Part shown: positions 58,875 through 64,000 of the stretch, piece by piece
Position numbering within the stretch: position 1 is the stretch's first letter
How the letters are laid out: the number at the start of each line of letters is the position of its first letter
Source of the DNA: a virus
Reading direction: 5' to 3' (one strand)
IMG/VR virus record: IMGVR_UViG_3300022752_004319
Coordinates: 1-64,000 of that record
DNA length: 64,000 nt
Program-made: the position numbers and the translations under genes
Notes under the pieces: generated by a model
The model's database searches: none
What the model saw: only the letters and a program-made list of their open reading frames with translations
Told to the model about the DNA's origin: nothing

Positions 58875-61800
58875 ATGAATTTTCAATATACTACTTGGAA
58901 GAATACACCCACATCAATTACTGATAGTGGACAATGGAACAGTGATAGTACCACTTGGGATCTAATTTCGATCTCTATGGGTAATAAAGACAGAACAGGG
59001 GTCTGGGCAAGAAACAATTGGATGAATTTAAGTATTCCATCAACAATTCAGATTACAATCGGGAACGATAGTGCTATTTATACAGTTCAATTTATTGATT
59101 CAACGAATTCTGAATATGTAACAATCCAACTTGCTTTAGTATCATCAACGGTTTCTTCTACAAATTATATTTTCGAAAAAACAGAAATTGTTGATTTTCA
59201 ACTAATACCTAATGAAGATTCGTGTAGTGATTGTTATACATGGTCATTAATTGGACAAACAACATTAAAATATATTAGTTGTTCATCAGGTGAAACTTAT
59301 TCAAATGTTGTATTGGGTACATTTGTTGGAACCGAGGATGTACCATATTATTTTATATCAGCGGGACAACCAGAAATTATCGGTGAATCTGATAATATTT
59401 TGTTAGAAAACACTGAAAATTTTTGGGGTAAAGTGTGTGGTAAATATAATGAACCAGTTACAGATCAAGGTATTTGTTACACATATTCTATTGTGTCGTC
59501 TGAGATTCAAGAATTTTTTGGTTCATTTAGTGTAAATTATCTAGATTGTAATAACACAGAACAAGTTTTAGAACTTGAAATACCATTTGATAGTAAAAAT
59601 AGTCCATGGTTAAGACAAATTAATTCTGTAAGATTACCTGTCATTTTGGATCCTGAGACCTCTATAGTTGCAAACATTTTTACAGATTACACTGTTGGAT
59701 TTTTACCACCTCCCGAACCATCACAAACACCTATAGTTACTCTTGGTGTTCCTTTTAAAACAGCTAAAGTAAGTATATTTGAACAATATGTGGTTTATGG
59801 TTGTCAATATTTAACATATACAGTAAATAGAAACCCATCTGTGGATCCAAGTTTACAGACTCAACTTATTACTTATGTTGATTGTAATGGGATCAGACAA
59901 ACAGTACCAAGAGATCCAGGTAGATACTCCACCTATATGAGAAGACCAGAATATCAACCAGGGATTAATTACGCTTTTGGAGTTATAGAATCACATAGTT
60001 GGTTTTATTCTTCCGTTACGGTAAATTATCCAACACCTCCACCTATAACCTTTACTAATATACAAGCTAGTCCTTTTGGATATCAAAATTTAGGACCTTC
60101 TGGTTGTACTGTATCGGTAGTTGAAATTGGTACGCGATATAATCCATTAAATAATGTGTCTGTAGGTAATACAATATCACTTAACATAATTTCTGGTTCT
60201 ACCATTGCAGGTTATTTTACCCAATCTGTGATATGTGGAATTGTTACGGATCTTGATAGTGCAATACCGTATGATAGTGTTATGATATCTGGATACAATT
60301 CTTGTAGTTCTTGTATCACGGTTCCGACACCAACACCTACCCCAACACAAACTCAAACACCGGGACCATTCGTTGTAACACCTAGAGTAACCGCAACAGT
60401 TCAATGTCCTCAGGGAATGGTTCCAACATATGTTTGGGCCGTAAGGGCTACAGGAAGATGTACATTCAATTCACCCTGTACAGCGACCCAATTATTAATT
60501 CAAGCTGATAGTGGTGGTATTGCACCATACAATGAAACAGGGATTGTATGTAATCCATTTTATTTATATTCTTTTAATGATGGAACTCCAGCGTCGTGGT
60601 GTAATGGAACAACATTAACCAATAGAAATTCTAACATAAAGTACGTTGCTTCACAACAACGCCCTCAACTAATCGGAGCCTTTAGTGGTAATAGTCAAGT
60701 AATTGATACAATTACTTGTGATTATTTATTTCAAACTTGGATTGTAGGAACAGCAAATCTAGATACAAATGGTAATTTATATTCATTTTTACCTTTCACA
60801 TCGGCTTGGCTTCCACAAATAAGTGCATGCACAGTACCATTTAATTGTAATGTGAATGTTACACCAACAAGAACTCCTCGCCCCACACCAACACCTACAT
60901 CGTGTGGTGGTACAAGTTGGGGTCAATATGTTGGAAATAGAATATTTTTCAGTAGAGCTGGATCTACAATAAATAGTGCACAATACGTAGCTTTTAGTGG
61001 TAGTCCACAATTAATTGTTGGTTCCTTAGAAGATGGAATTGTTGGCGTTTGTAATTGTCAATACCCTTATGATTGGTTAAATTGTGCGGAAAAAAATCCA
61101 GCATCAACATTAGGTTTGGAAATTATTGGAGATGGTGCTGTTACGTTTCAATTTTTGAGCCCAGTGACTAACCCCCAATTAGCAATTTATTCACTTGGTA
61201 ATAATCTAGCTTACACTGAATGTAAATTTTCAAGTTACAACGGGGTTGAGTACGTACCAGTTATGAGTGGCGGGACTTCACAAGGATTTACTTTATCATG
61301 TATAGGATCAACTTTTTGGAATGCTAGTCCTGTTTTATCAATAGGTGATGGTATTTCTGGTGCGGAAGCATATACAATAGTGCAATTTACTGGAACCTAC
61401 ACAAATATTGCACTTTCTTTATCAGGAAATACAACATATACTAGTTTTGTTTGGGGAATTCCTTGTAGTCTACCACCAACACCAACACCAACACCAAGTG
61501 TAACATCTAATTGTCAAGTTTGTCCTTGTTATACTTGGGAATTCAATCCAAACCCTGTTGGAGTTACAGGTACCACAATAGGTTCTACACAAACTATTTT
61601 TAGTTATTCGGATTGTTCAGGTATTCAAAGAACAATTTCTCTTGGTCTTGGTAATATAGGTAATACGTTCTGTATGGCTGAACCAGGTCCGACATATCTA
61701 CAGGGACTAACAGGATTTACATGGACAAGATTGGCCGCCTGTGGTACACAAAATTGTGTGGGTATATGTAATTGTTCGTCACCTAATGTCAGATGGGCTT

Positions 61801-63509
61801 CATTCCTTAGTGATAGTTATATTGATTTTAACAACGGTGTAACGGCATCAATAAGTAACACTGGACCATCTACCGCTGTAAGTGTTGGTCCTTTGGTAAG
61901 TTCTTTTTATAATCAACTTGATTGTGTAAAACCTGCAAATTCATCACAACAATTCCTGAGACTTGAGAATGATGGTTTATACAATATTAGGTTTTCATCC
62001 GCAGTATCTACACCATTGATGGTTATTATGGGACTTGGTTCAACAAATTTTGCAGGTACAATTCAAACAAATATTGGTTTTGTGCCTAATTGTTTAGACA
62101 ATTTGAATTTAAATTTAGGGACAAGAACTATAATTGGTAATAATGGATTTGGTATAGTACAATTTACAGGAACTGTTACTAATTTAACTTTCACATTTAC
62201 ACCACCTAGTGGTTCCACAGGTTCTGCGAGTGACTCGAGAGTTTGGATTTCATTTGGTATTCCATGTACTCCAGTCTCAACCCCTACACCAACACCAACA
62301 CTTACACAAACTATTACACCAACTAATACTCAAACACCACCACCATCAGGAACAAACTTCGCAACTCCAACACAAACAAACACTCCGACTATAACTCCAA
62401 CGATAAGTGTGAGTAATAGTCCTGATAGTAGTCCAACACCAACTCCAAGTTTAACAAGTACATTAACACCGACAGTGACTAATACACCGACACAAACATC
62501 TTCTAGTACTCCAGTACCTACAATAACACCAACCTGTACAGGTTCAACTCAAACATGTTCTACCTACAGGTTATTAGGTGGTGGTGGTGGATTTTCAACA
62601 TTTTACACATATTTTGATTGTAGTACTGGTGCTGCCATTTCAGTTGTAGTAACAACAACAACACGTGTTGAAGTTTGTAGTAGATTTGCTCCTGTTTGGG
62701 CTGTTGTAAATGGATCCTCAACTGGTATAGTGGTACTAGTTTCATCAGGATGTGGTACATATTGTTCAAGTTTATCCACAACTTTAACCCCAACACCAAC
62801 ATCGACTACTACACCAACCACAACTACAACACCGACTAGAACGCCACTATCAACATCCACACCAACACCCACTGTCACAAACACACCAACATTGACAGCT
62901 ACAAAAACCCAAACACCAACTCCAACTAGTAGTTTGGGTGCAACACCACAACCAACACCAACTAATACATCTTCACCGACATTAACAATGACTCCGACAC
63001 CATCACCAACAATTGCTGGTTGTACTTGTATTGAGTATTCTATTGTATCACCACCAGCTGGTGAGGCGCCTCTAGAGATTGGTTGGACAAGTTGTTTCAA
63101 TAATTCTAAATTTACATTGAGTAATCCGACCGCTTGGACACTTACATCCGATAAGCCAACCCCGGGTCCGTTTAACTTGTTTGCTTGTGAAGGTTCACTA
63201 TCACTATCGCCAGAAATTTCAAGTATTGAAGCAGTTGGAGAAAACGGTACTTGTAAATGCTTTGAATTCTTTATCAATTCAACTGAATATAATAAAGCGT
63301 GTAGAAATGATGTGTCGGTTTGGTACCAATGTTGTACAGGTGAAATTTTACAATATCAGGTCACAAGTTTGAACTTTACAATATCTGCTTTGAAAATTTA
63401 CAGTGTGATAGGCTTATCTTCTGATTGTGGAACTTATCAATATTTACCAAAATCTGTTTGGGTTGAATTAGGTGACAGTGGAGTAACTGAGTGCGGCACG
63501 GGTTGTTAA
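58875..63509 (+). CDS. Giant mucin-like Cys-module protein (1544 aa), paralogous to the upstream gene
   Basis: About 7 Cys modules, two copies of an IVQFTGT...GIPC domain, several T/P tracts. Confidence 0.8.
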   Translation: MNFQYTTWKNTPTSITDSGQWNSDSTTWDLISISMGNKDRTGVWARNNWMNLSIPSTIQITIGNDSAIYTVQFIDSTNSEYVTIQLALVSSTVSSTNYIFEKTEIVDFQLIPNEDSCSDCYTWSLIGQTTLKYISCSSGETYSNVVLGTFVGTEDVPYYFISAGQPEIIGESDNILLENTENFWGKVCGKYNEPVTDQGICYTYSIVSSEIQEFFGSFSVNYLDCNNTEQVLELEIPFDSKNSPWLRQINSVRLPVILDPETSIVANIFTDYTVGFLPPPEPSQTPIVTLGVPFKTAKVSIFEQYVVYGCQYLTYTVNRNPSVDPSLQTQLITYVDCNGIRQTVPRDPGRYSTYMRRPEYQPGINYAFGVIESHSWFYSSVTVNYPTPPPITFTNIQASPFGYQNLGPSGCTVSVVEIGTRYNPLNNVSVGNTISLNIISGSTIAGYFTQSVICGIVTDLDSAIPYDSVMISGYNSCSSCITVPTPTPTPTQTQTPGPFVVTPRVTATVQCPQGMVPTYVWAVRATGRCTFNSPCTATQLLIQADSGGIAPYNETGIVCNPFYLYSFNDGTPASWCNGTTLTNRNSNIKYVASQQRPQLIGAFSGNSQVIDTITCDYLFQTWIVGTANLDTNGNLYSFLPFTSAWLPQISACTVPFNCNVNVTPTRTPRPTPTPTSCGGTSWGQYVGNRIFFSRAGSTINSAQYVAFSGSPQLIVGSLEDGIVGVCNCQYPYDWLNCAEKNPASTLGLEIIGDGAVTFQFLSPVTNPQLAIYSLGNNLAYTECKFSSYNGVEYVPVMSGGTSQGFTLSCIGSTFWNASPVLSIGDGISGAEAYTIVQFTGTYTNIALSLSGNTTYTSFVWGIPCSLPPTPTPTPSVTSNCQVCPCYTWEFNPNPVGVTGTTIGSTQTIFSYSDCSGIQRTISLGLGNIGNTFCMAEPGPTYLQGLTGFTWTRLAACGTQNCVGICNCSSPNVRWASFLSDSYIDFNNGVTASISNTGPSTAVSVGPLVSSFYNQLDCVKPANSSQQFLRLENDGLYNIRFSSAVSTPLMVIMGLGSTNFAGTIQTNIGFVPNCLDNLNLNLGTRTIIGNNGFGIVQFTGTVTNLTFTFTPPSGSTGSASDSRVWISFGIPCTPVSTPTPTPTLTQTITPTNTQTPPPSGTNFATPTQTNTPTITPTISVSNSPDSSPTPTPSLTSTLTPTVTNTPTQTSSSTPVPTITPTCTGSTQTCSTYRLLGGGGGFSTFYTYFDCSTGAAISVVVTTTTRVEVCSRFAPVWAVVNGSSTGIVVLVSSGCGTYCSSLSTTLTPTPTSTTTPTTTTTPTRTPLSTSTPTPTVTNTPTLTATKTQTPTPTSSLGATPQPTPTNTSSPTLTMTPTPSPTIAGCTCIEYSIVSPPAGEAPLEIGWTSCFNNSKFTLSNPTAWTLTSDKPTPGPFNLFACEGSLSLSPEISSIEAVGENGTCKCFEFFINSTEYNKACRNDVSVWYQCCTGEILQYQVTSLNFTISALKIYSVIGLSSDCGTYQYLPKSVWVELGDSGVTECGTGC

Positions 63510-63526
63510 TCAACCCAACTTTAAAG

Positions 63527-63561
63527 AAAATACCCGTTCTAACTAGACGGGTATTTTTTTT
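63527..63561 (+). terminator. Rho-independent terminator
   Basis: AAAATACCCGT...ACGGGTATTTT stem running into a T tract, after stop at 63509. Confidence 0.85.
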
Positions 63562-63604
63562 ACTGTATTTTTTACTATATTTAACAGGACCAATATAGGT
63601 AAAA

Positions 63605-64000
63605 ATGATCACAACAGAAGAAATCAAAAGTTTTTTAGAGGGTAACGATCCCGAAGAACATATTGTCGCACTTGAGTTCGATTATGCAAGTGAGGATATC
63701 TACAAAATCAAGGAAATCCCCGGTAAAGGTAAACAAATTGTCAGGGATACTTTTATTCCGTTTTGTTGGGTTGGTGATTTACGTAAATTAAACTTTTATG
63801 GTGGATCGAAAGCTCTTCAGAAAGAGGCTATGTCCAAACATAAAATTCTCATTGAAAAACTAGAAACTCACGATAATGAAAGATTAACCCAAGGTCTTAC
63901 GTTCTTGGTGAAATCCTTAAAAGGATATAGAAATCTTATTCAGTTTTTTCGTGATGGTGGTATAGACCCTTGGGGTGATGCGGCAAAAGAACAATTTCTA
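63605..64000 (+). CDS. 3'-truncated ORF absent from the track; probably family B DNA polymerase N-terminus
   Basis: MITTEEIKSFLEGNDPEEHIVALEFDY... open for 132 codons to window end; resemblance to large-phage PolB N-termini is recalled only, no catalytic motif in view. Confidence 0.5.
   Translation, partial: MITTEEIKSFLEGNDPEEHIVALEFDYASEDIYKIKEIPGKGKQIVRDTFIPFCWVGDLRKLNFYGGSKALQKEAMSKHKILIEKLETHDNERLTQGLTFLVKSLKGYRNLIQFFRDGGIDPWGDAAKEQFL

Noticed and set aside
58065-63277. Antisense Val/Gly-rich ORFs (137 aa, 224 aa and others)
   Set aside because: Reverse complement of ACN/CCN-rich Thr/Pro tracts, which lack stops on that strand.
54778-63509. Diversity-generating retroelement target
   Set aside because: No reverse transcriptase, and repeat pairs do not show the dense adenine-specific mismatch pattern of a TR/VR pair.
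1-64000. Stop-codon reassignment as in some large phages
   Set aside because: Core genes are intact in code 11, and TAA, TAG and TGA all end genes at tight junctions.

Overview
AT-rich, densely coded 64-kb segment of a large T4-like (myovirus-type) phage genome, standard genetic code. A Bacteroidota host is suggested by a TTTG-N20-TAnnTTTG promoter, SD-less A-rich starts, a DUF4494-like gene and a Bacteroidia-type bS21. 1-13.8 kb is the head module: terminase large subunit, gp20-like portal with a Ser1/Thr+1 HNH intein, an antisense ribosomal protein bS21 gene, gp21-like protease, acidic scaffold and gp23-like capsid protein. 14-22 kb holds virion/baseplate genes and a gp55-like sigma factor. 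22-42 kb (minus) and 47.6-54.3 kb (plus) are two glycan-biosynthesis clusters with over 20 glycosyltransferases, methyltransferases and nucleotide-sugar enzymes. The plus cluster begins with a GT60-like polypeptide-GlcNAc transferase and lies between three very large Thr/Pro/Ser-rich, Cys-module proteins (992, 1356, 1544 aa). The best candidate for an undescribed system is a phage-encoded mucin-type O-glycosylation pathway with its own mucin-like virion substrates. The window ends in a probable family B DNA polymerase N-terminus. All family calls are by motif recognition, with no database searches. No tRNA, rRNA or CRISPR array was seen.
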